NCBI GenBank assembly: GCA_965223845.1
Contig: CBDCXR010000004.1
Span: 5,152,001 to 5,216,000 of the forward strand
Reading direction: 5' to 3'
From: Planctomycetota bacterium
Lineage (GTDB): Bacteria; Planctomycetota; UBA8108; SXIK01
DNA: 64,000 bases
Of this stretch, positions 51,107 to 61,957 are shown one piece after another. Below the pieces are notes generated by a model. That model searched no databases. It was given only the letters and a program-made list of their open reading frames with translations, and was not told the origin of the DNA. Numbering within the stretch: the stretch's first letter is position 1; every line of letters starts with the position of its first letter. Position numbers and translations under genes: made by a program.

Positions 51107-52723
51107 TCAGCACGAGATCTCTGCGTTCTTCCGGGCGTAGAACCACCAGTTCACTGCCAGGCAAGAGAGGTAGTAGCCCGCGAATCCGTAGAGCGCGTAC
51201 TGGGGTGTCCCCGCTTTGATCTGAGTCGCGAAGATTTTGGGGATCAGATAGGCACCGTAGGCCGCGATCGCGGAGGTCCACCCGAGCACGGGGCCGCGCT
51301 GGTCCTTGTCGAAAATCACGCCGATCATGCGGAACGTCGATCCGTTGCCGATTCCCGTGGTGGCGAAGAGCACGATGAACGTGAGCAGGAACGGAATGAA
51401 GTACTGCTGCGGCCGGTCGGACTCCATCGCGAGGGCACAGAAGTATCCCGCCGCGATGGTCGCAACGATCATGACGATCGTGTCCCAATGGGTGACCCGC
51501 GCGCCGCCGAGCTTGTCGGATAACCAACCTCCCAAGGGGCGGATCAGCGCGCCGACCCCCGCTCCGATGTAGATGTATCCCGCGCTCGAGAGGCCGGTGA
51601 GCTGGCCTGCATTCTCGCCGACGCGGTACTGGCCGAAGACGTCATCGATGAGCTTCGGGAAGGCATTCGCGTAGCCGATGAACGAACCGAACGTCATGAC
51701 GTAGAGCCACGTCATGATCCAGTTGTGCTTGTGCTTGAAGATTGCGAACTGCCCCTGGAGATTCGACTGCGTCTCCTTCGGCGTTAGGTAGCGCATCGCG
51801 AGCAGTGTGACCGCGACCGCGACGACGACGACGAGGAAGGTCTTCAAGAGAACCGGGAAGCCTCCCCACGGTAGGATGAGAAGGGCGATTCCAGAGACCG
51901 CCCCGAGGTAACCCAGCGCGGTCAACCACAGGAATTTCGCGCAGGCGATGGGAGTCGGACCACACTTGTGGAACGGCAAGTTGTCCATAAAGAAGAACGC
52001 GAGCACGAGGCAGGTGACGAGAATCGGCACCCAGACGAGTCCAGCGTTCTGGATCCACAGGTTGCTCGTCGCTCCCCCCTCAACCGTCACGTAGGGGTCG
52101 CCGCCGAGCTCGCCGAACAGCCCGAAGGTGATCACCCATGGAATGAGGAACTGCATGACGCTGACCCCGAGGTTGCCGAGGCCGGCGTTGAGTCCGAGCG
52201 CGAGCCCCTGCATCCGCTTCGGGTAGAAGAAGCTGATGTTGGACATCGACGAGGCGAATGCGCCGCCGCCCACTCCGGAGAGACCGGCGAGGATGATGAA
52301 GATATAGAAAGGCGTCTCGTGGTTCTGCAGCGCGAAACCAGCTCCGATTGCGGGCAGGATTAAGAGCAGCGTCGTCATGAACTTAACGTTCCGGCCGCCG
52401 CAGATCGCGATCATGAACGAGTTCGGGATCCTGAGTGTCGCACCCGCCAGACCGGCCACTGCGGGGAGCGTGAACAGGAGAGCCCGGTAGCCGTCGTTGT
52501 CGAACGGCTGCCCATCGTTCATGAAGGTGAAGTTGAAGAGATCTCCTTCGGAGGCGAAGTGGAGCTTCTGAATGTACTTGGCCACCATGCCCCAGTAGAT
52601 CCAGACGGAGAATCCCAGCAGGAGGTTGGGGATCGAGATCCACAGGTTCCGTTTGGCTACGGACTTACCCGTGCTCTCCCAAAACTGTTCGTTCTCAGGA
52701 TCCCAATGCTCGATGCGCGCCAT
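51107..52723 (-). CDS. narK: NarK-family nitrate/nitrite transporter
   Basis: WDPENEQFW, RNLWISI, GLNAGLGNLGVS, TFGSFIG and GIGNGSTFRMI. Confidence 0.93.
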   Translation of the reverse strand: MARIEHWDPENEQFWESTGKSVAKRNLWISIPNLLLGFSVWIYWGMVAKYIQKLHFASEGDLFNFTFMNDGQPFDNDGYRALLFTLPAVAGLAGATLRIPNSFMIAICGGRNVKFMTTLLLILPAIGAGFALQNHETPFYIFIILAGLSGVGGGAFASSMSNISFFYPKRMQGLALGLNAGLGNLGVSVMQFLIPWVITFGLFGELGGDPYVTVEGGATSNLWIQNAGLVWVPILVTCLVLAFFFMDNLPFHKCGPTPIACAKFLWLTALGYLGAVSGIALLILPWGGFPVLLKTFLVVVVAVAVTLLAMRYLTPKETQSNLQGQFAIFKHKHNWIMTWLYVMTFGSFIGYANAFPKLIDDVFGQYRVGENAGQLTGLSSAGYIYIGAGVGALIRPLGGWLSDKLGGARVTHWDTIVMIVATIAAGYFCALAMESDRPQQYFIPFLLTFIVLFATTGIGNGSTFRMIGVIFDKDQRGPVLGWTSAIAAYGAYLIPKIFATQIKAGTPQYALYGFAGYYLSCLAVNWWFYARKNAEISC

Positions 52724-52935
52724 CGCGGGCTCCTCTATTCGACGGGCCGCGTGACGGACCGTCGCGACTGATCAGCTTCGCGGTCTCGATGAATGCCGAG
52801 AAGCATGGATATCCGGGCTTCCGCCGGGAGGGAGATACGGGACCGTTCACGCAGCGGTGTAGCCTTCCGGCCGCTGCCCAACACTGCGCTCCCCGCCGGA
52901 GACGCGAAGTCCCCGAATACGTTTGGGTGGTCGAG

Positions 52936-53697
52936 TCAGGAATCGGTCTTCCACGCCGCACTTCGGTTCGCCTCACTTTGCCGGATCTTCGTGCGATCCC
53001 AGTTCCAACGAACGACCTGCGCGCGCCTCCAGAGATACATGTTCGGAATGACGAGAATGTGAACGAGTCGCGTGAAGGGAAAGACTGCGATCAACAGGAA
53101 CGCGCACACGATGTGGATCTTTACCCACGGAGGCATCGACTCGACGTAGGAGATGTCCGGGCTCAGCTGCACGAGCGACCAGAGGTACGGACTCAGAGCG
53201 GCCGCAAACCAGGAAGAGCCCCAACCGACGAATACCGCGACGTAGATCCCGCTGAAAATCTGCAGAAGGAGGAGTCCGTACACGACCCAGTCGGCCTTGG
53301 TCGTCACGATCCGCAGTTTCGGATTCGTCCACTTCCGCACGATGATATTGATCAAGCCCACGAACGTGAGCAGGCCGAAGATGAGCGCGGCGATCTCGAG
53401 GATGTAGAGCCGCAGTGGCTCTTGGTTCCAAAGAAGCACTTGTCGCGGAATCAGGAACGCGATGACGTGCCCGAGGAGGATGACGAGGATTCCGTAGTGA
53501 AACGGAACCATGCCCCAGAAGTGGTGGCGATTCTCGAGGAACTGCGACGACAAGCTGGAGTAAGTAAACGACTGCATTCGGTAGCGCTGAATCGTCATGA
53601 GTATGAATATGACGAACGCCACATACGGCAGTACGGCGAACAAGACTTGGTCGAGATAGTGCAGTCCCTTTAGATCGAGGAAGGCTAGCCAGTTCAT
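52936..53697 (-). CDS. narI: Respiratory nitrate reductase gamma subunit (diheme b)
   Basis: SSLSSQFLE, FHYGILVILLGH and FPFTRLVH; the ATG overlaps the narJ stop codon. Confidence 0.93.
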   Translation of the reverse strand: MNWLAFLDLKGLHYLDQVLFAVLPYVAFVIFILMTIQRYRMQSFTYSSLSSQFLENRHHFWGMVPFHYGILVILLGHVIAFLIPRQVLLWNQEPLRLYILEIAALIFGLLTFVGLINIIVRKWTNPKLRIVTTKADWVVYGLLLLQIFSGIYVAVFVGWGSSWFAAALSPYLWSLVQLSPDISYVESMPPWVKIHIVCAFLLIAVFPFTRLVHILVIPNMYLWRRAQVVRWNWDRTKIRQSEANRSAAWKTDS

Positions 53698-54317
53698 GCC
53701 GTGCCTCCGCATTGGCTCTGGCATCCGGGAGGCAGCACGTCCAACTCCCGGAAGTACGGTAATGCTTCCTTTCCTGCCGTCAGCTCCTCCTCGATGGAGA
53801 ACAGCTCACGGGCGACACGTTCCACCGCTTCGAAGACGCACGCGTAGGGACGGTCCTCGGGCATCTGCTTCTGCATCTTCGCGAGAGCCGGAAGCAGGTA
53901 GTCTCGGCAGAGTTGGCGAGCCTCCTCCTCGGCGAGGCGTCCGATGACCTGAAGCACGTGGCTGAGGTGGTCCGGAAGCTCGGCGGTTTCCGCCAGGCCG
54001 AGAGCTCGCATGTGACCTCGCATCTCCACCAGGAACGCGCCTCTGGTGTAGTTCTCGCCGTAGAGGTGCCAGCCGATCTCGAGTGCGCAGTCCGGGGAGA
54101 TGTCGAAGGTCCGCGTGTACGCCTCCTCGAGCGCGAACGGCTCGAGGGTATCGACGTGCTCGCGCAGCGGCCCGAGGGTCGTCTCGAGTCCCGCACACCA
54201 GCTCTCGAGATACGCGATCGCCTCTCGCACCCGTGCGGCGTAGTTCGCATTCGGGTAGGCGAGGAGCGACGCGAGGTCGTCGAACAGCGCGATTCGGTGT
54301 TCGGTGGTCAGAGTCAT
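53694..54317 (-). CDS. narJ: Nitrate reductase molybdenum cofactor assembly chaperone
   Basis: LLAYP, YTRTFD, RGAFL and ELPDHL. Confidence 0.9.
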   Translation of the reverse strand: MTLTTEHRIALFDDLASLLAYPNANYAARVREAIAYLESWCAGLETTLGPLREHVDTLEPFALEEAYTRTFDISPDCALEIGWHLYGENYTRGAFLVEMRGHMRALGLAETAELPDHLSHVLQVIGRLAEEEARQLCRDYLLPALAKMQKQMPEDRPYACVFEAVERVARELFSIEEELTAGKEALPYFRELDVLPPGCQSQCGGTA

Positions 54318-55807
54318 CAGAGACCTCGCTTCGGACCGGACACGAAGCCGAATCCGGCGCTCTGCCGGTGTTCGTGGGGATCCTTCATCATTTCCATGGC
54401 TTCCTCCCGGTGCGCCGGCGGGATCACGAAACGATCGTCGAAGGTGCAGAGAGAGGTGAGCTTGTAGATCGCATCGGCCTCTTCCGCCGAACAGTCCGCC
54501 AGTTGCAGAGCACGGGAGGCAGCCTCCTGATCCAAATCACCGACAGTCAGGGAGCGCCGGAAGGCTCGGACGGCCATCTGCTTGCGAAGGGCGTACGTGA
54601 CCTTGCCGATATTGCCGCCGCCGAAGAGATTGCCGAGAAAGGCCAGCGGCACGCGGGCTTCCTCGATCTCGTGGAAGAATTCGTCCGACACGCTGCCGAC
54701 CGTCTTGTCGCCTCGCTTCGACATCACGGGAAGAAGCGGAGGTACGTAGAAGAGCATCGGCAGGGTTCGGTATTCGATGTGCGGCGGAAGCGCGATCTTC
54801 CAGACCTTGACGAACTGGTAGACCGGCGAGTGTTGCGCCGACTCGATGACCGAGTCGTGAATGCCGTTTTGCCGCGCGGCCCGAATTACGGCCGGGTCGT
54901 GCGGATCGAGGATCATGTCCCGCTGCGCCTCGACGAGCTCGTCGTTCGGCATCTTCGCGATCTCTTCGATGCGATCGGCATCGTAGAGAAGTACGCCGAG
55001 GTATCGGATGCGCCCGACGCACGAGTGGAAGCAGGCTGGTGCCTGTCCGGTCTCGAGTCGAGGGAAGCAGAGGATGCATTTCTCCGACTTCCCCGTGAAC
55101 CAGTTGTAGTAGGTCTTCTTGTAGGGACAGGCGGCAACGCACGAGCGCCAGGCGCGACAGACCTTCTGGTCGATGAGCACGATGCCGTCCTCACCTCGCT
55201 TGTAGAGCGCACCCGAGGGGCACGACGCCACGCAAGATGGGTTCAGGCAGTGGTTGCAGATGCGGGGGAAGTAGAAGAAGACCAGCCGCTCGATGGCGAA
55301 GAGCTGCGCTCTTTCCTCGGGCGTCAAGGATTCGAGGTTGGGATCGTTCTCTGCGTAGACCGGAGAGCCACCGAGATCGTCGTCCCAGTTGGGCCCGGCC
55401 TCGATGTTCATGTACTCGCCGGTGATCTGCGAGATCGGCCGAGCCGTCGGCTGATCGTCTCCCTCCGGCGCGTTAAAGAGATCCTCGTACTTGTACGTCC
55501 AGGGCTCGTAGTACTCGTCGAGGCTCGGCTGCGAAGGATTGTGAAAAATATTGGGGACGACGCGCTTGCGGCTCGTCGAGCGCAGGCGAAGGCGGTCGCC
55601 GTCGGATTCCCAGCCGCCGCGGTACTTCTCCTGACTTTCCCACTGCGTCGGGAAACCCGTGCCCGGCTTCGTCTCGACGTTGTTCCACCACATGTACTCC
55701 GTGCCCTTTCGGTCGGTCCACACGTTCTTACAGGCGATGCTGCAGGTGTGGCACCCGATGCACTTGTCGAGGTGAAAGACCATCGATACTTGCGAGCGAA
55801 CGTCCAT
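54317..55807 (-). CDS. narH: Nitrate reductase / nitrite oxidoreductase beta subunit
   Basis: LDKCIGCHTCSIACKNVWT, CNHCLNPSCVASCPSG, CRAWRSCVAACPYKK and CILC. Confidence 0.96.
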   Translation of the reverse strand: MDVRSQVSMVFHLDKCIGCHTCSIACKNVWTDRKGTEYMWWNNVETKPGTGFPTQWESQEKYRGGWESDGDRLRLRSTSRKRVVPNIFHNPSQPSLDEYYEPWTYKYEDLFNAPEGDDQPTARPISQITGEYMNIEAGPNWDDDLGGSPVYAENDPNLESLTPEERAQLFAIERLVFFYFPRICNHCLNPSCVASCPSGALYKRGEDGIVLIDQKVCRAWRSCVAACPYKKTYYNWFTGKSEKCILCFPRLETGQAPACFHSCVGRIRYLGVLLYDADRIEEIAKMPNDELVEAQRDMILDPHDPAVIRAARQNGIHDSVIESAQHSPVYQFVKVWKIALPPHIEYRTLPMLFYVPPLLPVMSKRGDKTVGSVSDEFFHEIEEARVPLAFLGNLFGGGNIGKVTYALRKQMAVRAFRRSLTVGDLDQEAASRALQLADCSAEEADAIYKLTSLCTFDDRFVIPPAHREEAMEMMKDPHEHRQSAGFGFVSGPKRGL

Positions 55808-55823
55808 GCGGAACTTCCCTTCC

Positions 55824-58800
55824 TTACCACACGAGTTCTGGCAGCTTGCGGACGTAGATATGCGTGTCCCGGTTGCAGCCCGTGGGGCCCCAATAGTTGA
55901 AGTGATAGGTAAACTGCCCGTAGCCGCCGACCATCAGGTTCGGCTTGAGACGCGTTCGAGTCAGGCTGTTGTGTCCACCCGCTCGTCGGTAGTTCCGGAG
56001 TGGGGATTTCGGGACTCCGTACGTTCGCTCGGGCGAATGATAGATGATGCAGACGCCTCGAGGGATCCGCGCACTGACCGCCGCTCGAGTCACCACGACC
56101 CCGTGGTCGTTGTGCACCTCGACGTAGTCGTTGTCGTCGATGTCGAGCTCGGCCGCGTCCTTGTCGTTGATCCAGAACGGCTCGCAGCCGCGGGACAGCG
56201 TGGTCATCCGTTCGTTGTCGCCGTACGTCGAGTGGATGTGCCACTTGCCGTGCGGCGTGAGGTAGTTGAGCGTCTTTGTCGGTCCGCGTTCTTCTGAGAA
56301 GCGCAGGTCCGCGTACTCGGTGGGAAGCGGCTTCGGCTTGTAGGTCGGCAGGTGCTCGCCGAACTCCAAGTAGCCCGGGTGATCGAGATAGAGGTGCTGG
56401 CGGCCGGTGAGCGTCCTCCAGGGAACCAAAGTCTCCTTGTTGTAGGTGAACGGCGCGTACGCGCGCCCGTTCTCGATCAAGCCCGACCACATAGGGCTGT
56501 TGTTGAAGCGGAATGGAGAACCCTGAAGACCGTCGTAATCCACCGATCGGCTGCGCTGCTTCTCGGCGAGGTGCGCGAGCGGCACTCCGACCTTCTTCTC
56601 CATGTTCTTGTAAGAGCGGTAGGCGAGCTCACCGTTGGTGACGGTCGCGAGCCTCAGAATCGTGTTGCAGACCTCGACGTCCTTATGAATCGACGGATAC
56701 TTCTCGCCCGCAATCTCGACGGCGGGATGAATCTGAAACAGCTCTTCGTAGTAGTCCTTACATTCGTAGTGCGTACCGTGCGCTCCGAGACCGTTGTCCC
56801 GAATCTGAGGCCCGAGCGAGATGAACCGCTTGTAGAGGTTCACGTAGTCGCGCGTCATGACCTTGATGCCGGGCATCGTCTTCCCGGGAATCGCCTCGAT
56901 TTCGCCGCTAAACCAGTCCTTGATCTCGGGCTGAGCAATCTCGGCGGGAGTGTCGTGCGCGAGCGGTACGACGACGACATCCTTCACGGGCTCGGGGAAG
57001 TGGCGGGGTGCGAGCTCCGAGAACCTCTTGGCGATCGACCGGAAGATGTCCCAATCGCTCTTCGATTCCCAACAAGGCGGCACGGCCTGCGACAGCGGGT
57101 GGATGAAGCTGTGCATGTCCGTGGAATTGAGATCCGCCTTCTCGTACCACGTCGCGGCAGGGAGCACGATGTCGGAGTAGAGCGCCGACGTGTCCATGCG
57201 GAAGTTTAGGTCGACGACGAGGTCCATCTTTCCCTGCGGGGCGTGCTCGTGCCACGCGACCTCTTTCACCGAGTCCTGCGCGATGTCCTCGGCGACGTCG
57301 TTGTGGTGAGTACCCAGGTAGTGCTTGAGGAAATACTCGTGCCCCTTGCTGGACGACATCAGCGCATTGCCGCGCCAGATGTACCAGACGCGCGGCCAGT
57401 TCTCCTCGGAGTCGGGATCCTCGATCGAGAACTGGAGCGAGCGATCCTTGAGACGCTCCACCACGCGGGCAGCGATCTCGGCGTCAGTGGTCGCGCCGGA
57501 CTCGATGGCCTCGCGGGCGACTTCGAGGCTGTTCTCTTTGAACTGCGGATAGAACGGCAGCCAGCCGCTCCGGACGGCCCGCACTTGCACGTCCATCGTG
57601 TGGCCGTGGTTGAGGGCCCCCTTCTTGTCTGGGACGGTGTGGTAGTCCGTGAACTCTTTCTCGTATCTCCACTGGTCCGTGTGAACGTAGTGCCAACTCG
57701 GCGCGTTCTGCAGTCGCGATGCGGGGTGCCAGTCTTTCCCGAGTGCGATCGCCGCCCAAGGCTCCGCCGGCGCGAGCTTCTCCTGCCCGACGTAGTGCGC
57801 TAGTCCACCTCCGTTCACACCCACGCATCCGCAGAAAAGAAGCGCGTGGATTCCCGCTCGGTACATCAGATTGGCGTGGTACCAGTGGTTGATGCCGGCA
57901 CCGATGATGATCGTGCACTTACCGTTCGTGAACTCAGCGGTCGTGCCCCACTCCCGGGCGAACTGGATCAGATCCTTGCGATCGATTCCGGTGTAACGCT
58001 CCGCCCAGGCGGGGGTGTACGGTTTGGTCTCGTCGTCGTAGCTCTCGGGGTAGTCTCCGTCGAGTCCCCGCGGAACGCCGTACTGCGCGAGCAGAAGGTC
58101 GTAGACGGTGGCGACGACGACCGTCTTGCCGTCGGCGGTCTCGATGCGCCTCACCGGGACGTGCCGCTCGAGAGTCCGTCCCTCGCCGAAATCATCGAAG
58201 CGCACCGAGACGGTGCCCTCGCCGTCGTCGAGGAACGAAAGCTGCGGGTCGATCGCGCTGCCATCGATCTCGTCTTCGAGCTTGAGGTTCCACTTGCCGT
58301 GCGCTTCGCCCCAACGAGCGCCGACGCTTCCCTGCGGGACCTTGACGCGACCTTCGGCCTGATCCCACATGAGGAACTTCCACTCGCCATTCTCGAGATC
58401 CGCGTACGACTCGAGTCGCCCGGCGCGCAGCAGTTGCCCCGCTTCGTGAACCTTGCCCTCGCCAGACTCTTTCAGCTCGACGAGAAACGGTGAGTCCGTG
58501 AAGCGCTTCGCGTAGTCGAGGAAATAGGGGACCTGCTTCTCGCAGTGGAACTCTTTGAGGAGGACGTGGTTCACCGCCATCCACCACGCGCCATCCTGTC
58601 CCGCGTTGATCGATACCCAGTTGTCCGCGTACTTGGACACCTGGCTGAAGTCCGGCGAGAAGACCCACATCTTCGTGCCGTTGTGGCGCGCTTCGGCGGC
58701 GAAGTGGCAGTCCGGCGTGCGGGTCATGTTGAGGTTGGACCCCATCACGGCCAAGAGCTTCGCGTTGTACCAGTCGGCCGACTCGTTGACGTCCGTCTGC

Positions 58801-59468
58801 TCGCCCCAGGTCTCCGGCGACGCGTTCGGAAGATCGCAGTACCAATCGTAGAAGGAGAGCGAGATCCCCCCCATGAGCTGCATGAGCCGCGCTCCGGACG
58901 CGTAGCTCACCATCGACATCGCGGGAATCGGCGAGAATCCGGCGATGCGATCGGGGCCGTGCTTCTTCGTCGTGTGGAGATTGGCCGCGGCCATGATCTC
59001 GAGCACGGTGTCCCAGTCGGTTCTCCTCAGTCCTCCTTTCCCTCGCGCTCGCTGCCAGCGAGCGCGCGTCTCGGGGTTCTCGACCATCGAGGTCCACGCG
59101 TCGACCGGGTCATCGTGCTGCGCGCGGGCCGCGCGCCACGCATCGAGAAGCGCTCCGCGGATGTAGGGGTACTTGACGCGTAGAGGGCTGTAGAGGTACC
59201 AGGAGTACGAGATGCCTCGCTGGCAACCACGCGGCTCGTACGGAGGCAAGCCGTGCTCGAGCGACGGGTAGTCGAGACCTTGCATCTCCCACGTGACGAT
59301 GCCGTCCTTGACGTGGATCTGCCAAGTGCAGCTCCCCGTGCAGTTGACGCCGTGAGTCGAGCGCACGACCTTGTCGTACTGCCAGCGGTTGCGATAGAAC
59401 TCCTCCCATCCTCGACTCTTCGGGCTGACCTCGTCGTGGATCCAGGGGTTCTTCCCGTTCGAGCTCAT
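55824..59468 (-). CDS. narG: Nitrate reductase / nitrite oxidoreductase alpha subunit, cytoplasmic (no Tat signal)
   Basis: ATG at 59468 overlapping the upstream stop codon; [30 protein letters not shown] and [13 protein letters not shown]. Confidence 0.96.
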   Translation of the reverse strand: MSSNGKNPWIHDEVSPKSRGWEEFYRNRWQYDKVVRSTHGVNCTGSCTWQIHVKDGIVTWEMQGLDYPSLEHGLPPYEPRGCQRGISYSWYLYSPLRVKYPYIRGALLDAWRAARAQHDDPVDAWTSMVENPETRARWQRARGKGGLRRTDWDTVLEIMAAANLHTTKKHGPDRIAGFSPIPAMSMVSYASGARLMQLMGGISLSFYDWYCDLPNASPETWGEQTDVNESADWYNAKLLAVMGSNLNMTRTPDCHFAAEARHNGTKMWVFSPDFSQVSKYADNWVSINAGQDGAWWMAVNHVLLKEFHCEKQVPYFLDYAKRFTDSPFLVELKESGEGKVHEAGQLLRAGRLESYADLENGEWKFLMWDQAEGRVKVPQGSVGARWGEAHGKWNLKLEDEIDGSAIDPQLSFLDDGEGTVSVRFDDFGEGRTLERHVPVRRIETADGKTVVVATVYDLLLAQYGVPRGLDGDYPESYDDETKPYTPAWAERYTGIDRKDLIQFAREWGTTAEFTNGKCTIIIGAGINHWYHANLMYRAGIHALLFCGCVGVNGGGLAHYVGQEKLAPAEPWAAIALGKDWHPASRLQNAPSWHYVHTDQWRYEKEFTDYHTVPDKKGALNHGHTMDVQVRAVRSGWLPFYPQFKENSLEVAREAIESGATTDAEIAARVVERLKDRSLQFSIEDPDSEENWPRVWYIWRGNALMSSSKGHEYFLKHYLGTHHNDVAEDIAQDSVKEVAWHEHAPQGKMDLVVDLNFRMDTSALYSDIVLPAATWYEKADLNSTDMHSFIHPLSQAVPPCWESKSDWDIFRSIAKRFSELAPRHFPEPVKDVVVVPLAHDTPAEIAQPEIKDWFSGEIEAIPGKTMPGIKVMTRDYVNLYKRFISLGPQIRDNGLGAHGTHYECKDYYEELFQIHPAVEIAGEKYPSIHKDVEVCNTILRLATVTNGELAYRSYKNMEKKVGVPLAHLAEKQRSRSVDYDGLQGSPFRFNNSPMWSGLIENGRAYAPFTYNKETLVPWRTLTGRQHLYLDHPGYLEFGEHLPTYKPKPLPTEYADLRFSEERGPTKTLNYLTPHGKWHIHSTYGDNERMTTLSRGCEPFWINDKDAAELDIDDNDYVEVHNDHGVVVTRAAVSARIPRGVCIIYHSPERTYGVPKSPLRNYRRAGGHNSLTRTRLKPNLMVGGYGQFTYHFNYWGPTGCNRDTHIYVRKLPELVW

Positions 59469-60334
59469 GACGTTACTTTCACCTTGGAGGTTGGAGCGAG
59501 CGTCTGGCGGACCGCGCGCAGTCGTCCGCGCCAGACTTGTCCCATGAGGAACAGTCCGGCGACGGTGCCCGCGAACGCGAGCAAGAGGAAAAGGAGCGTG
59601 CCCGACGAGTGTGTCTCCTCTTCGGTGCTCGCCCTCTCCTCGAAGTACGCCACGAGGGCGAGGATCTCCTCGGCCTCGAACGAGTGATCTTTGAACGTGG
59701 CCTGCATCATCGGAGTCGCCGGGGCGGACAGCCACGCGACGAGCCCTTTGCGCGCTTGAAGTCGCTCGTAGACCTTCGTCAGATCCGGGGCGAGGCGTCC
59801 GCCGCCCAGACCGCCGAGCCCGGAGATCGCGTGACAGGAGATGCACGCCGCGCCACCGTTGGCGAGAGGTGTCTGCCCCGTGAAGATGGTGCGTCCCCGT
59901 TCGACGTCCGCGGGCGTGAGGGGACGTTCGCTGACCTGCGTTCCGGCAAACTGGGACTCCTCGAGCTGGGACTCGGCCGCAATTAGATCGAGCAGCAGCT
60001 CGGCGCGCTCGGTCGTCATGCCGGGAAGGCCGGGCATCACCACGCCACGGTATTCGTCCTTCATCGCGAGGGCGTAGGCGTCACCGGAGTCGAGCACCGC
60101 CGCGGGGTCTTGAATGAAGCGGATGAGCCACGCTCGGTCCTTCCGCTCCTCCACGTTCTTGAGGTCGGGTCCGGTGATCCGTCCTCCGCCGATCGTGTGG
60201 CAGCTGGCGCAGTTCTTCTTGAAGTCCTCGATCACCGCGTCCTGCGCGGTGACCGCACCGGTCGCGGCGAAACACGACAGCAGGACGACGACGATCCGGT
60301 GTGGCTCGCGATTTCGTCGTGCTGATTCTTCCAT
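59465..60334 (-). CDS. Membrane-anchored diheme cytochrome c (NarC-like)
   Basis: AGGAG RBS, signal peptide, CASCH and CISCH motifs, C-terminal TM segment; first gene of the nar operon. Confidence 0.88.
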   Translation of the reverse strand: MEESARRNREPHRIVVVLLSCFAATGAVTAQDAVIEDFKKNCASCHTIGGGRITGPDLKNVEERKDRAWLIRFIQDPAAVLDSGDAYALAMKDEYRGVVMPGLPGMTTERAELLLDLIAAESQLEESQFAGTQVSERPLTPADVERGRTIFTGQTPLANGGAACISCHAISGLGGLGGGRLAPDLTKVYERLQARKGLVAWLSAPATPMMQATFKDHSFEAEEILALVAYFEERASTEEETHSSGTLLFLLLAFAGTVAGLFLMGQVWRGRLRAVRQTLAPTSKVKVTS

Positions 60335-60369
60335 CGAACTCTCCTACTCAGGGTTCGACGGGCGCTCAT

Positions 60370-60385
60370 AGAGAATGCCGTGCCA
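60370..60385 (-). promoter_or_regulatory. Sigma54-type -24/-12 promoter of the nar operon
   Basis: TGGCACGGCATTCTCT (non-canonical -12 element). Confidence 0.65.
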
Positions 60386-60541
60386 CGCGACGAGGGCGCG
60401 CGAGGTTGGCCGTAACTGACTTCGGTTTAGGCGTTTGTGGCGGTAGCCATACCGGGGTGCCAGCCCCCTGAGCGCGCCGTGTGTGCGTACCGCGGTTGGC
60501 GGCGGAGAGCCGTCGTCGACGCTAAGGAAGCGACGAGAACG

Positions 60542-60568
60542 GAGTTGCGTCCGCATACGGCAGTACGC
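60542..60568. promoter_or_regulatory. Putative upstream activator site
   Basis: GAGTTGCGTCCGCATACGGCAGTACGC, 157 bp from the -24 box, the same distance as at 42668. Confidence 0.7.
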
Positions 60569-60633
60569 AGTTCCCGGCGGAGGTCGCAGCACCGGGATGC
60601 GGTCCGGATGGGAGCGCGCTCACATTTAGCGCC

Positions 60634-61926
60634 TGTCCCCCAGCCCGAGATCTTTGCCTGAGAATTGAGCCCCCGAAGTAGAGGGATTCGCCGGACCTGA
60701 GAGGCGGCCGAGCCGCCAGAAAGGACCGGAGATGTCCCAGGCGATTCAGCACGAGGGAGAGTGGGAAGAGAGAACAGGCGAGCGCCGGACGGAACGCGAG
60801 GCCGGGGATCCCGCGACGAGGGAGGGTGAGAGCCTCGGAGGAAGCGAGACCCGGGACGCAGAGGAGGCGAGCGGAGTTACGACTCCGCGGGAGGATCTGG
60901 GTGGGCCCGAGCTCGACCCAGAGCTCGCCCCGGAGGCGGAGGGATCTGAGAGCACCGAAGCCGCCGAAGGCCCGGAACACCCGGCGCTCCCGTTCCCGCT
61001 TCCGCGGCTTGCCGCCCGCCGCCGGGGCGGTCGCCGTCTTGCGAAGCCGAAGGAACGCGTCGTCCTCACGGCCGAGCAGCGTCTCCTGTTGCTCGATACT
61101 TGGCGCCGGAGTGGTCTTCCTGCGCGCGACTTTTCTGCGTTCGTCGGCGTCTCTCGCCACACGCTCTACGCGTGGAAGCGTCGGTTCAAGGACCGCGGCC
61201 CCGCGGGGCTTGTCGACGAGCCGCGCGGTCGTCCTCGGGGGAGCCGTCTCTCGGAGATTACCAAGCGGACGATCGTGATGCTGAAGGAGGAACATCCAGA
61301 GTGGGGCTGCGAGCGGATCAGCGACACGCTCCTTCGCGGTCCCGCGCTCTCGGCCAGTCCGTCGGCGGTCGCTCGTGTTCTTCGCGAAGCGGGCTACGAG
61401 CTCGAGGAGTCCCGGAGTCGCGTTCACCGCGATCACCCTCGGCGCTTCGAGCGCGAGCGGGCGAACGAGCTCTGGCAAACGGATCTCTACGTTCGTCCTC
61501 AAGCGTCAGAACCGCCGGGTGTACCTCGTCGCCTTCCTCGACGACCACAGCCGCTTCATTGTGGGCTGGGGTCTTCGCAGCTCGCAGTCGACGGATCTCG
61601 TCATGGAAACTCTGCGCTCGGCGATCGTGAACTACCGCACGCCGCGGGAGATCCTCACCGACAACGGCAGCCAATACGTCACGTGGCGCGGGAAGAGCCA
61701 GTTCGCCCGAGAGCTCGAGCGCCGCGGGGTGAAGCAGATCGTGGCGACGCCGCGGCGACCGCAGACGCTCGGGAAGATCGAGCGGTTTTGGGGAAGTCGT
61801 TGGCGCGAGTGTCTCGAAGTCGCGTTGTTCGTCGATCTCGAAGACGCTCGAAGACGTCTCGGGCACTACATCGACCACTACAACTTCCAGCGTCCGCACC
61901 AAGGGATCGGTGGACTCGTTCCCTGA
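60634..61926 (+). mobile_element. Degenerate IS481-like insertion sequence
   Basis: Candidate left end TGTCCCCAGC at 60634, followed by an HTH plus rve-type DDE transposase. Confidence 0.75.
60732..61926 (+). pseudogene. Frameshifted, apparently truncated IS481-like transposase
   Basis: One frame runs to RFERERANELWQTDL, and a second frame continues TFVLKRQ..LDDHSRF..ILTDNGSQY..GKIERF..YN.QRPHQG. The shift is near 61488. Confidence 0.8.
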
Positions 61927-61957
61927 AAGGGCGCAGTTTTCGGCAAGGATTAGCTAG

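Noticed and set aside
52851-52877. GCAGCGG/CCGCTGC hairpin with CCGGAAGG in the narI-narK gap, considered as SRP RNA or a terminator
   Set aside because: It lacks the rest of the SRP domain IV motif and has no U-tract; at most an mRNA stability hairpin.
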